Notes under the pieces: generated by a model | What the model saw: only the letters and a program-made list of their open reading frames with translations | Databases searched by the model: none | What the model was told of the DNA's origin: nothing | Assembly: GCA_964016885.1 (NCBI GenBank) | Contig: OZ024741.1 | Span: forward strand, 24,180,001-24,244,000 | Direction: 5' to 3' | Source of the DNA: Eledone cirrhosa | Taxonomy: Eukaryota | DNA length: 64,000 bases | Shown: piece after piece, positions 1 through 11,089 of the stretch | Numbering within the stretch: the first letter of the stretch is position 1 | Layout: the number at the start of each line of letters is the position of its first letter | Position numbers and translations under genes: made by a program

Positions 1-972
1 TGTACACATTACAGTACATATACTGGTGGTAGTGGTGGCACATGTGTACACATTACAGTACATATACTGGTCGTGGTGGCACATGTGTACACATTACAGT
101 ACATATACTGGTGGTGGTGGCACATGTGTACACATTACAGTACATATACTGGTGGTGGTGGCACATGTGTACACATTACAGTACATATACTGGTGGTGGT
201 GGCACATGTGTACACATTACAGTACATATACTGGTGGTGGTGGCACATGTGTACACATTACAGTACATATACTGGTGGTGGTGGCACATGTGTACACATT
301 ACAGTACACGTACTGGTGGTGGTGGCACATGTGTACACATTACAGTACATATACTGGTGGTGGTGGCACATGTGTACACATTACAGTAAATATACTGGTG
401 GTGGTGGCACATGTGTACACATTACAGTACATATACTGGTGGTAGTGGTGGCACATGTGTACACATTACAGTACATATACTGGTGGTGGTGGCGCATGTG
501 TACACATTACAGTACATATACTGGTGGTAGTGGTGGCACATGTGTACACATTACAGTACATATACTGGTGGTGGTGGCGCATGTGTACACATTACAGTAC
601 ATATACTGGTGGTGGTGGCGCATGTGTACACATTACAGTACATATACTGGTGGTGGTGGCACATGTGTACACATTACAGTACACGTACTGGTGGTGGTGG
701 CACATGTGTACACATTACAGTACATATACTGGTGGTAGTGGCAGATATGTACACATTACAGTACATATACTGGTGGTGGTGGCACATGTGTACACATTAC
801 AGTACATATACTGGTGGTAGTGGCAGATATGTACACATTACAGTACATATACTGGTGGTGGCACATGTGTACACATTACAGTACATATACTGGTGGTGGT
901 GGCACATGTGTACACATTACAGTACATATACTGGTGGTGGTGGCACATGTGTACACATTACAGTACATATAC
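1..972. repeat. 41-bp minisatellite (TGTACACATTACAGTACATATACTGGTGGTGGTGGCACATG)n, about 23-24 units, continues off the left edge
   Basis: Unit read directly. Variants differ in GGT copy number and a few substitutions. It lies in the inferred upstream intron of the capping protein gene, and the ORFs here are repeat artefacts. Confidence 0.97.
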
Positions 973-1636
973 TTATAGGAAGAATGAGGAGTCAAATAAT
1001 TACTTATACTTTTTACGACTACAAGTTGAAACATCCAAGGACCTTGTTATTACAAACAATTATAAGAAAATACCTTAGTCGATGTGTTTGTTGCTTCGGC
1101 CTTGCAGCGACAGGCTTCTGACTTCCATGATATAAATAAATGTCTCTTTAACACTCAATTCTCTATAAATATAAATTTTTCGAAAGCTGAGTTTGTGTAC
1201 ACACAATAGAATATCTCGTATAGCAGATAGGCCCTAGAAGAACAATTGACGAAATGTAGAACATGGTTTGTTGATAACTGTTCTGTTCCTCCTAACAGGA
1301 TTATGGGAGGATTATAGTAGGAGTTATCCTGTAGTAGGTCTTTCCATCTTCCTGGTCTTGGTTCCTCTCTAATCGTGTACAGTGGTTTTCACGAGAAGGT
1401 GACAATGTATTCATACGCGACTTACCATTAGTCTGTTTAACCAAATTGCATATGAAATGTTGCTATTGCAAGGTATGACGTAGTTCCACTACATACTGAT
1501 GGTAGTGGCACATAAGTAGTTGTTTTCATTGTTCTTTTTGATGAATGGAATAAACATTTATAAAAAAAATACTCCTTTTCTTAAATTCCTTTCTTTCCTT
1601 TTTCTCAAACTACTGCTGTCTTTAATACTCTATTAA

Positions 1637-1837
1637 CCTTTTCATGACCCCATTTCTAATGAAATACACTCTCTTTCGATTAAGAATTTTGAAGGATTTA
1701 TTAAAATTATTTCATTTCTAAGACAGTAAGGTTCTTATATAAAATTATGTTGGAATATTTTAATATAAACTGGAAACCTTTAAAATGGGTGGCTTTAAAG
1801 AACCAGAGCCAGTTTTGGCCAGATTGTAACAAATGGG
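1637..1837 (+). mobile_element. TTAA-flanked MITE (piggyBac-like), family 1
   Basis: ttaa|CCTTTTC ... AAATGGG|ttaa. A reverse-complement relative lies at 8863-9060 (shared ctttaaaatgg..tgg and gttttg segments). Confidence 0.6.
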
Positions 1838-2377
1838 TTAATAGTGTTTGAACATGAAGAACATTATGAATTATTTTAACCAAATGCAAATGAAGGAAAT
1901 TCACTTATTTCTATATTCTCCTGTACCTACTGTTACCCACAGTAGTAAATGTATACTCCCAAAATTACCCATCACATGATGTGTAATATTCTAGTCTATA
2001 ACTGTACAGTAATATACTATTGTATTTTCATGGTAGATCTAGTAAGTTCTTTGTTAACTTCGGTGGGAAGAATTTTAAAGATTCCTGGTTAACTTTCTTT
2101 GAGAACTTTATCGCATTCATCGGTGGCGAATGTCAAACTGAGATCAGGTTACTTCTCTTGTTGAATAAATTTATCAAAGTATTGAAATATTTAAGACTAT
2201 TCAACAGAATTCGTAATATAATCGGCTTGTCTCCCCACAGCCCCGGCGGACAGAATAGAGAAGGCGTTTCCCCGGAGGACGGCAAGGGAGACGCAGTCTA
2301 GGCTACTATCTACTTCTCTTGCTTTTTTTTACTTATTTACATATGGAAAATTTAAATGTGTTTATATCTCTGAATTT

Positions 2378-2485
2378 ATGGGTAATGCAGTCATAAAGTC
2401 AAACTGTTAACATAAAGACTGCATGCGCGCGCACGCACACACACTTTCTCGCTCTCTCTCTACATGGTTTTATTACAATTTGGTG
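2378..2485 (+). repeat. ~105-bp dispersed direct repeat, copy 1
   Basis: Near-identical to 3657-3773; contains the ATGCAGTC...GACTGCAT inverted repeat. Confidence 0.9.
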
Positions 2486-2934
2486 AAGAATCTGAATATT
2501 ACTTATTCTATCCACCATCTGTAAAATACTGGGTTATGTACTAGCCTTAACAACAATGAACTCTGTGTTAGTAGAGATTCTTAAACTGGCAACACTGTTT
2601 TAGTTTCAAAGTCCTTCAATAGTTCAGTACATATTTGACCTTGGCATAGTTTCTTTTCTTGTTACTTTCTACAAACTAACTGGAATGTATGGCAACTATC
2701 ACCATTTTCAACTATATTCATTCACAACTCCTTCCCTCAAATGAAAGGCCCTGTTTAGAGTGGGTTTTTATATACATTTTCATGGCTGTTTATCTGTTGA
2801 CTGTAAAAGCATCATTGACTCAAGGACCAAGAGTATTCTGCTTAAGTACACTTCTCAAAATGCTATAATAAAGTATATATCACTCTACTTACGTATTTAG
2901 TTTTGAATCTCTAATTTAAAAATTAAACCCATTG

Positions 2935-3330
2935 TCTGTAAGGTGGTTGTGTAGGTGTCACGACAAAAAGTACCCAGTCAACACTGTAAAGTGGTTGTGT
3001 AGGAGTCATGACAAAAAGCACTCAGTCAACACTGTAAAGTGGTTGTGTAGGAGTCATGACAAAAAGCACTCAGTCAACACTGTAAAGTAGTTGTGTAGGA
3101 GTCATGACAAAAAGCACCCAGTTCACACTGTAAAGTGGTCATGTAGGTGTCACTACAAAAGCACCCAGTACTCACTGTAAATATGGTTGGCATCCAGCTG
3201 TTGAAACCAAGCCAGAAATAGTTCTGTATGAACTAGACATGGGCACCTGACCTGGCCTATCTCACAACAGGACAACTCATCTAACTCATGCTCGCATGGA
3301 AAAATGGACATTGAACAGTGATGATGATGT
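2935..3330 (+). mobile_element. (GAT)n-tailed SINE/RTE-tail-like interspersed repeat with an internal 48-bp tandem expansion (~5 units, 2935-3185)
   Basis: Motifs ggcatccagctg, catgct.gcatggaaaa.ggac and a gatgatgat tail are shared with many copies in the window. The 48-bp period was read directly (2986 to 3034). Confidence 0.75.
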
Positions 3331-3656
3331 CTCCAGTGGAGGCAGACCTTACTTTAAAATCACTTGGTTTTTATCTAAACATCTTAAAACCATCTTCCAC
3401 ACCTTCCTAGACATATAGACAGCTCCAATGAAATAACATTGAGAGATCTCAAGCCCACCACACTGACAGAATAGATACTCTCCCGTGATAATCTCAGATG
3501 TCTACCTTACAGATGTACACATCCACAAATTACTTATCATCATCATGATCACCATTGCATATATACTTATACTAGTCATCTGACCTAAGCCCATGAAAGG
3601 TGTCTAACTCATGCCAGTATAGAAAATAAATGTTAAATGCTGATGAGAGTTATATA

Positions 3657-3773
3657 TATGGGTAATGCAGTCATAAAGTCATAAAGTCAAACTGTTAACA
3701 TAAAGACTGCATGCGCGCGCGCGCACGCACACTTTCTCGCTCTCTCTCTACATGGTTTTATTACAATTTGGTG
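3657..3773 (+). repeat. ~105-bp dispersed direct repeat, copy 2
   Basis: Same as 2378-2485, with an extra 9-bp duplication (ataaagtc repeated). Confidence 0.9.
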
Positions 3774-3984
3774 GGGGGGTAGGAACTGAGGGTCGCATGG
3801 TAAATAACTGAGAGAGATACAATAGAATTAGAATACCGCATGGTAAATATCCAAGTTAATACTACATCAGTAAAATTAACAATAATGTCATGAAAACTAC
3901 TAAGAAAAACCCTCGAAAATTTATCGCTAATACAGCAGGGAACATCATTAATATTAACAGCAATATGAGTAGCATTCAAAATAA

Positions 3985-4172
3985 AAAAAAAGCACCCAGC
4001 CCACACTGTAAATGAGGTTGGTGTTAGGAAGGGCATCCAGCTGTAGAAATCAAGCCAGATCAGTTCCTGTATGAGCAAGGTATGGTCAGCCGACCAGACA
4101 CTGCCCACAACAGGACAACCCGTCTAACCCATGCTAGCGTGGAAGAACGGACGTAAAATGGTGATGATGATG
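3985..4172 (+). mobile_element. (GAT)n-tailed SINE-like repeat, left arm of an inverted pair
   Basis: aaaaagcacccag...ttaggaagggcatccagctgtagaaa...catgctagcgtggaagaacggacgtaaaa..gatgatgat. Confidence 0.85.
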
Positions 4173-4180
4173 ATATATAT

Positions 4181-4400
4181 ATCATCATCATCACAGTTTT
4201 ATGTCCGTTCTTCCACGCTAACATGGGTTAGGCGGATTGTCCTGTTGTGGACAGTGTCCGGTCGGCTGATCTTGTCTTGCTCATACGGGAACTGATTCTA
4301 GCTTGATTTCTACAGCTGGATGCCCTTCCTAACACCAACCTCATTTACAGTGAGTGCTGGGTGCTTTTTTGCCGTGGCACCTCCACGACCACTTTGCAGT
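4181..4400 (-). mobile_element. (GAT)n-tailed SINE-like repeat, right arm of an inverted pair
   Basis: Reverse complement of the 3985-4172 family sequence. Confidence 0.85.
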
Positions 4401-4419
4401 GGAATGATATAGACCCCAG

Positions 4420-4570
4420 TCCTATCATCTCATTTCTACAGCTGAGTAAACTGGAGCAATGTGAGATAAAGTCTTGCTCAAGGAAACAACACATCACCCG
4501 GTCTGAGAATTGAACTCACAACCTTTCGATTGCAAGCCCAATGCTCTAACCACTAAGCCATGTGCCTTCA
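4420..4570 (-). mobile_element. tRNA-derived SINE with CORE-like central domain
   Basis: Minus strand reads TGGCTTAGTGG (A box) ... GAGTTCAATTC (B box), then CCTTGAGCAAGAC...CTCCAGTTTACTCAGCTGTAGAAATGAG, resembling the CORE domain. Other copies at 13888-14200 and 30611-30880. Confidence 0.8.
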
Positions 4571-4934
4571 ATATATATATATCACTTATTTTGAGTAGCA
4601 TTCAGGTCAAGTGTAAAGATACCTTCCTCTCTCCCTTCCACTAGTCTTGGAGCCCTTGAAAAAATGTGTCTGACTAAAAATAAATATCCTATAACTACTT
4701 TTGTCTTTAAATCTAGTTCCAACTAAATATTTGTTCTAATCTTTGCCTCTCCCAGTTTCTAAACTAAGTACCAGTAATACTTGCAGTCAATTATGTTTAC
4801 TAACCAAATGACATTGTTCATTTGTTGTAGCAAGTAGATTTTTGGCAGACAAAATATTTGGTATACTTTTATTTTTTTAAAGCATTTATATTTTTTTAAA
4901 TTATTCTAACCCTTTCATTATCATATTTCTAATA

Positions 4935-5110
4935 ATAATAATAATGTTTCTACTTTTGGCACAAAGTCAGCAATTATCCCAGTGCATTACTGGTGCTTTA
5001 TTTTATCGACCCCGTAAGAATGAAGGGCAAAGTTAACCTCAGCGGGATTTGAACTCAGAATGTAAAAGGCCATAACTCTGTGCTGCAAACTGCATAACTA
5101 ACCTTCTGAT
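4935..5110 (-). mobile_element. (ATT)n-tailed tRNA-derived SINE (family A)
   Basis: Matches the reverse complement of the 11351-11535 copy (tttattttatcgaccccgtaag.atgaa.ggcaaagttaacctc.gcgggatttgaactcag). Confidence 0.85.
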
Positions 5111-5469
5111 AATTAAGGTGGTGTTTGGAGCATAATTTAACAAATGATGTAAGGTTTTTAGATAGATATAAGCATTTAAAAACAGTTTTTTAACATCAAA
5201 TCAAAGGTGATTTCTGACAGTTTTAGTATCAAAATGCATATAAGGTAGTGGATGTGAGAAGCTGTAGAGTACTGAGGGACTTAGTTACCACCTTTTCCAA
5301 ACTCAGTGCTAATCTTGCCTAAATCAACCTTTTTCTTTCCTCTGACCAGAGATAGATTTTAATTCACTATATTCCACCTCAAAATTTCTATTAGAAATCA
5401 GTTATTTCAACATAGCAGGCTGGTGGATTGGCAGAATTGCTAGAACATCAGGCAAAATATCTTTCAGTT

Positions 5470-5677
5470 CAGTGGAATCTCAGTTCATGAATGCCCCTCA
5501 GCATTAACAAATCGGTTCATGAACAATTATTCCGAACAAAACGTCTCAGGTGATGAACGGTGTCTTGAGTAACACACACACAAGCTGGGAGTATCGGTGG
5601 GAAGTTTCACTTAGAGTTTTGGTTTACAAACATTTCAGGTGACGAACGGCCTTCATGAACAAATTAAGGTTCCACTG
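5470..5677. mobile_element. Tc1/mariner (Tigger/pogo-like) MITE nested in a family A SINE (about 5420-5850, +)
   Basis: TIRs CAGTGGAATCT ... AGGTTCCACTG followed by TA, with subterminal ttcatgaac repeats. SINE head lies to the left and SINE body (ctttgcctttcat...gataaaataagtacc) to the right. Confidence 0.7.
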
Positions 5678-5840
5678 TATTTCTTACAGCTCTTTATAGT
5701 CTGTTAAATTTTTTGCTGAGGTCTACTTTGCCTTTCATTTTTACAGGGCTGATAAAATAAGTACCAATAAAGCATTAAGATCGATGTATTCAATATAACC
5801 CTTCCCCCCCAAAATTGCGGGACTTGTGCTTAAATTATAA

Positions 5841-6059
<219 letters not shown>

Positions 6060-6339
6060 TAAGAGACATTCTATACATTACATTTCTATTGCATATTATT
6101 CATTAGCAATGGGACTGATACAGTGGGATTCAGTATAATGGCATATATGAACGCATATACAACATGTTTCTACATAATAAACATACATTTAGTCATACTA
6201 TGACTATTTTAAGTTGTGAAAAGTTTGAAATTGCTAGTGACATGTATTTCAGAGTTATTACTCATCATCAGCAGTTGGCAACATGTACTGAGATACTGAG
6301 GTATGAAATACATTAAAGTTTAAATTCAAAGACACTTCA

Positions 6340-6740
6340 GAATCTTTTATCCGCATTCTACACAGGCATAGATTGGATTTGATGGAGCAACCTTACCTTG
6401 CTCATGTGTTTCATATTTAGCATGGTTTCTACATTTGGACACCCTTCCTAATGCCAGCCACCTTACAGAGTGTACTGGGTTATTTTTTGAGGCACCAGCA
6501 CTACCTCTATTTAGAGTTTACTGGGTGTATTTTATTGTGACACTGCCTAAACTGTAGTCTCCAGTCTCTTACAATGTTACTCTGAAATGCAATGCTTGTA
6601 CTGGTGAAAGGGTCCTTTGTGTTATAGCAAATCACCAGTCAGCTCTTGTCTGATGTAATTTCTTTCATGAGGTTCACTTTCTTGAAGACCTTCTTTACAA
6701 CTTTGATCCATGTTTACTTGGTCCTCCTCTTGCACAAGTT
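6340..6740 (-). mobile_element. Degraded (GAT)-family repeat plus RTE-like LINE 3' remnant
   Basis: acccttcctaatgccagcc..ttacagagtgtactgggt motif. The minus strand near 6690-6745 resembles the RTE C-terminal G-x-C-x-RG-x-P-x-K-x-W region. Confidence 0.45.
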
Positions 6741-6883
6741 CCATTTCAAGCACTCGGTACTTTCCTATACAACTCTCGCTCTCTTTACACATAACCATAT
6801 TGATGTAAAAACAATGATGATGGTATTGATTTGGCACTTTTAACTATTTCTATTAATTTTCTCTTCTTGCTTTGAACTTGTAG

Positions 6884-7000
6884 GAAAAATCCAGTGGAAA
6901 GACAGCACATTATAAGTTAACTTCTACAGTGATGTTGTGGTTGTTGACTACAAAGGAAGGTTCTGGTACAATGAACTTAGGTGGTAGCCTTACAAGACAG
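6884..7000 (+). CDS. CAPZB: Capping protein beta exon ([39 protein letters not shown])
   Basis: 117 bp, phase 0-0, AG/GT boundaries, conserved peptide continuing the previous exon. Confidence 0.97.
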
Positions 7001-7214
7001 GTAATAGCATTTCTTCAAATTAATTTGTCTGTTTAAGCTTTTTCTGAAACGAGTGGTGTTATGTAATTAATGTTTGATTGGAGTTGTCATGGTTTAGAAG
7101 TTGGGTGAAAACAAAACAGAAAATTATGATTGGTAAAGAGTGACAACCCCTGCTCACTGTCCAGAAATCTCTGTTGATTCAGCATATGTATGAACATCAT
7201 AAACCACTGCATAC

Positions 7215-7515
7215 TAAACCACTCTGTAGCAGCTATTGACAGTAGTTGGTTTGCCTGAGCAGTGGAACATGTTCCCTCATCAGCCACTCTGTAGAGGCTA
7301 TTGACAGTAGGTCTACCTGAGCAGTGGAATGTGTTCCCTCATCAGCCACTCTGTAGTGGCTATTGACTGCCTTAGCAACAGAACACCATTCCTTCCCTCA
7401 TCAGCCACTCTGTAGTGGCTATTGACAGTAGATGGACTGCCTGAGCAGTAGAACATGTTCTTTCCTTCATCAACCACTCTGTAGAGGCTATTGACAGTAG
7501 ATAATCTACCTGAGC
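7215..7515. repeat. Degenerate ~55-65-bp tandem repeat, 5 units
   Basis: Recurrent ccactctgtag.ggctattgacagtag...ctgagcagt.gaaca...ccctcatcag. Confidence 0.85.
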
Positions 7516-8074
7516 GAAATCTGGTTAGACAAAAACTGCTTGACTTTTCAAGGATAACTTCTTAGTCTATTTTGTGTGAGATTGTCCACCCGGTTAGTAT
7601 CATGGACTTTATTTACTGTTTTAATCAAGTAGGTGGACAAGGCTGTCTAGAACTTTGTTGCACTGGAAATTGTTAACATGTTGTTTAATGTCCTACTTTG
7701 GCAGCATCACTTCTTGGTTTACAACTTAGGAATTCTCCTGTTCTACTGTCAGTTGCAGTAGACATCTAACAATACATTGATGGACAAGTCTGGCAAGTAT
7801 ATGTATAAAGTTGTAGAGCAGATGATCTAAACCTGGTTATATGTTTCTTATACACCACCTACCATTAACCAAATTTCAGCTGCTATTATTGGCTGTTCTT
7901 GCAGCACTCCTTCACTGAATGCCACAACAGGCTAAGACGGGCACTAAAGTTCATTACTGCCTTGAAACAGTTGAATAGAGTGCTGCAGGAAAAACACATC
8001 TGCTTGAACTGAAGTACCATACATCTGTCTCTGACTATCAAAAACCATATTGTGGCATTGCCAGTAGTAATGAT

Positions 8075-8625
8075 AATAATGGTTTCTAATTTAGGCACAA
8101 GGACAGCAATTAAATCAGTGTATTACTGGTACTTTATTTTATTGACCCTGTAAGGATGAAAGGCAAAGTTAACGTCGGCGGGATTTGAACTCGGACCATA
8201 AAGGGACGTAACTATGCTGGAAAGCATAGCGTCCGGCCCTCTACCGATACTGTCAATCAAGTAATAATGATAATAATTGTTTCTAATTTAGGCACAAAGT
8301 TAGGAATTATATTACATTGACTCTAGTACTTCACTGATAGTTCATCTTATTGACCTCTGATGAAAGGTAGGATTTGAAGAAATCCTACAAAACATTTCAT
8401 TTGGTGCTCTAACTATTCTATCAATAATCATAATAATTGTTTCTACTTTAGGCACAAGGCCAGCAATTACCCAGTTCATTACTGGTACTTTATTTTATCG
8501 ACCCCGTAAGGATGAAAGGCAAAGTCAACCTCGGCGGGATTTGAACTCAGATCGTAAAGGGACGTAACTATGCTGGAAAGCATGGCGTCCGACCCTCTAC
8601 CGATACTGCCAATCCACCCCCAATA
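8075..8625 (-). mobile_element. Three head-to-tail family A SINE copies (about 8075-8260, 8270-8420 degraded, 8430-8620)
   Basis: Each starts with (aat)n + tttcta.tttaggcacaa and carries the gatgaaaggcaaagt..acctcggcgggatttgaactc core. Confidence 0.85.
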
Positions 8626-8663
8626 ATCATAATAATGTGATTCACTTTGTTCTCTACTTGCAG

Positions 8664-8729
8664 ATAGAGTTAGATACTTCTGTTAATGAATCTTCCCCAC
8701 ACATTGTCAATATAGGCAAAATGATTGAG
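8664..8729 (+). CDS. CAPZB: Capping protein beta exon (IELDTSVNESSPHIVNIGKMIE)
   Basis: 66 bp, phase 0-0, ttgcag acceptor and GTGAGA donor; matches the conserved SPHIxNIG motif. Confidence 0.95.
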
Positions 8730-8862
8730 GTGAGAATTGAAATGTTTCTTCTACTCTGTCTTCTCTTTGTTGAGCTGTCTACAGCATGATCAAGTAATTT
8801 AATATCTTATATGAAACATTAGACAGACATCTTGTTACAACATATTTGATTTTATTCTTTTA

Positions 8863-9060
8863 ACTCTTTAGTTGTCAAAACCAGCCCTGATTCTATGAAA
8901 TAAAACCATCCATTTTAAAGTATTCCAATTTTAATTAAAATCTTCCAACAATTTTATATAGTAACTTTAAATTAAGTTACTATCTTAGTAATGAAATAAT
9001 TAATAATTTTAGTAAATTCCTCAAAATTCTTCATTGATTAATTCAAATAGTGTGAAAGGG
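8863..9060 (-). mobile_element. TTAA-flanked MITE, family 1 (reverse copy)
   Basis: ttaa|CTCTTT ... GAAAGGG|ttaa; internal similarity to the reverse complement of 1637-1837. Confidence 0.6.
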
Positions 9061-9135
9061 TTAAAAATGTTTTAGTTTATAAATGGATATTTATTTGGTT
9101 ATTAATTTACATTTTGCATTTCAATTATTTTACAG

Positions 9136-9303
9136 GATATGGAGAATAAAATTAGAAACACTCTTAATGAAATTTATTTTGGGAAAACGAGGGATATTGT
9201 GAATGGTCTTCGCTCATTTCAGGCATTGCAAGATCGCAGGCAGGCAGAGGCACTACGCAACGACTTAGTGCTGGCTCTACAAAAACGTCCACAAGCGCAA
9301 TGA
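9136..9303 (+). CDS. CAPZB: Capping protein beta terminal coding exon ([55 protein letters not shown])
   Basis: tttacag acceptor, conserved [24 protein letters not shown], amphipathic beta-tentacle, TGA at 9301-9303. Confidence 0.97.
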   Translation, partial: DMENKIRNTLNEIYFGKTRDIVNGLRSFQALQDRRQAEALRNDLVLALQKRPQAQ

Positions 9304-9498
9304 TGTTGCAAGAGGAAATCACTAAACATAATTCCGGCTTTCATTCGAACTCTGCACAAGCTACCATATATGGTCGGGTGGGATTTATTACACAACAACC
9401 TATATATAATATTAATGGTATTATCATTGTCTTCATTATCTTCTCTTATGGTTCCTCTTTTCCTCCTCCGCCTCCTCTTTCTCAGATTAAAGATTTTA

Positions 9499-9513
9499 TC
9501 TATCTCTCTCTCT

Positions 9514-9551
<38 letters not shown>
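9499..9551. repeat. (CT)n(TA)n compound microsatellite in the 3' UTR region
   Basis: Read directly. Confidence 0.9.
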
Positions 9552-9552
<1 letters not shown>

Positions 9553-11089
9553 GTATAAACACAACACAATATTCCTCTTGTTTTTTAATTAATTAAAAAA
9601 GAATTTTTTCTAGAATTAATTTTTTCTTTCTAAACATCAATTTCTTTCTCTCCTATCACTCTGTTGATTTCATTCCTATGACTCTCTCTCTCTCTCTTTC
9701 TCTCCTATCACTCTCTCTCTCTCTCTTATTAAGCATAAAATAAGTTTAAAAAACACTTAAAAAAACAAAACAAAAACAAACTATAAGGTCAACAAAACCA
9801 ACTAATTCCAGTGTCCCCCACCTACTGAGGCAGACTATGAGTGAAAGGTTTGCAATAACTATGTATATTTGATGATAAAATATTTCTTAAATTCTACCAC
9901 CCAGACTCCTCCTAGCTTGTTGATTATATAAATGGACAGTGGTGAACAGCTGACCTTAAATATACTTTTGGTCTCGCCATATATATATGTCTGGGACATG
10001 GCAACAACTCTTGTTAGTTTAATTGTGACAGTGTTTCTGGCTGTCAGCCAGTTGTTTTTTTTTTAATTTCCTTGCTGAATATATTCTTGAAAAATTGAAT
10101 GATAATGATGATAATAATAATGATTTATATATATAAAAGAAATTTAAAATAACAAAATATCAAGAGGGAATAAATGAAAAAAAAAATGATTTTTGAACGA
10201 AACGAATAAAAGAATTCCACTAATCATGTCTACCAATAACCAATTCCTGATTCTAGAAATGTTCTTTTTTTTTTTTTATATAACAAGGAAAGTGTATTTG
10301 GCTATTCTGTTATTTGACACTGGGTTTTTTTTTTTCTTCTCTTTTTCAATTGCCAGCTCTATTCTGTGGCTTGCTCTTGTTAATACAAGCATCATATTCT
10401 ACTAATTCTCTTATTTTCATTCCTTATCTAATATCAATGCAGGTGTCACTAGTGTTGGCAGTGTCACTAGAGTGTTGGATTAATTTCCTCAGTATTCTTT
10501 ATAGCTCTCTGCATTTTCTGTTCAAATCCTACTGTAATCAACTTTGCCTTTCATCATTCTTTCGGGATTGATAAACTCCCAGTCCAAGGGTAGTGGATTG
10601 GTAAAATCATTTAAAAGTCAGAGGGGATACTTTGCAGTATCTGATCTGGCTCTGTGTATTTTGAGTTCAAATCCTGCTTCCTTCTGCCAGGAGTTGCGAC
10701 TGGCAGACAGTATCAGCAATGGAAAGACCAATGTAAACAGTTTCCATAGCTCAATTTGATGATCAGCTCCATTCCTTTCCTTAAGTTACTTCTTCTAGAC
10801 CCAGTTATTGACAACTGCTGAATATTGTCTCCTTAATCACTGCCGCTTAATTATCATGTTTTCACGTTGAGTTGTGTACAGTTTACTGGCCAACTTTGCT
10901 TCTTCATAACTTTCTTAGTAATGACAAAATTTGTTTTCGCTCTAACATAGCTGATACGTAAATGCATTTGTGAGGTTTATATTGAATAATAATAATATTA
11001 TTAATGTTCGATTCATTTGCAAACAGCCTCATAACGGCATGTTTTAAATGACTATCGTCATCCTTTTGTTCTAGCAGTAGCAGAGAGAA

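Noticed and set aside
26-1121. Overlapping ORFs with repetitive W/H/G-rich peptides
   Set aside because: They are translations of the 41-bp minisatellite cycling through frames; no coding signature.
980-1460. Possible Penelope/LINE coding remnant on the minus strand
   Set aside because: Only vague motif resemblance with multiple stops; cannot be supported without a profile search.
4480-4570. tRNA gene
   Set aside because: A and B boxes are present, but there is no full cloverleaf and it continues into a SINE body present in several copies.
10752-10828. Possible C/D box snoRNA (TGATGA ... CTGA with a CAAT/ATTG stem)
   Set aside because: Box C lacks the purine, no recognisable rRNA guide, not clearly intronic, and such motifs are common by chance in AT-rich DNA.
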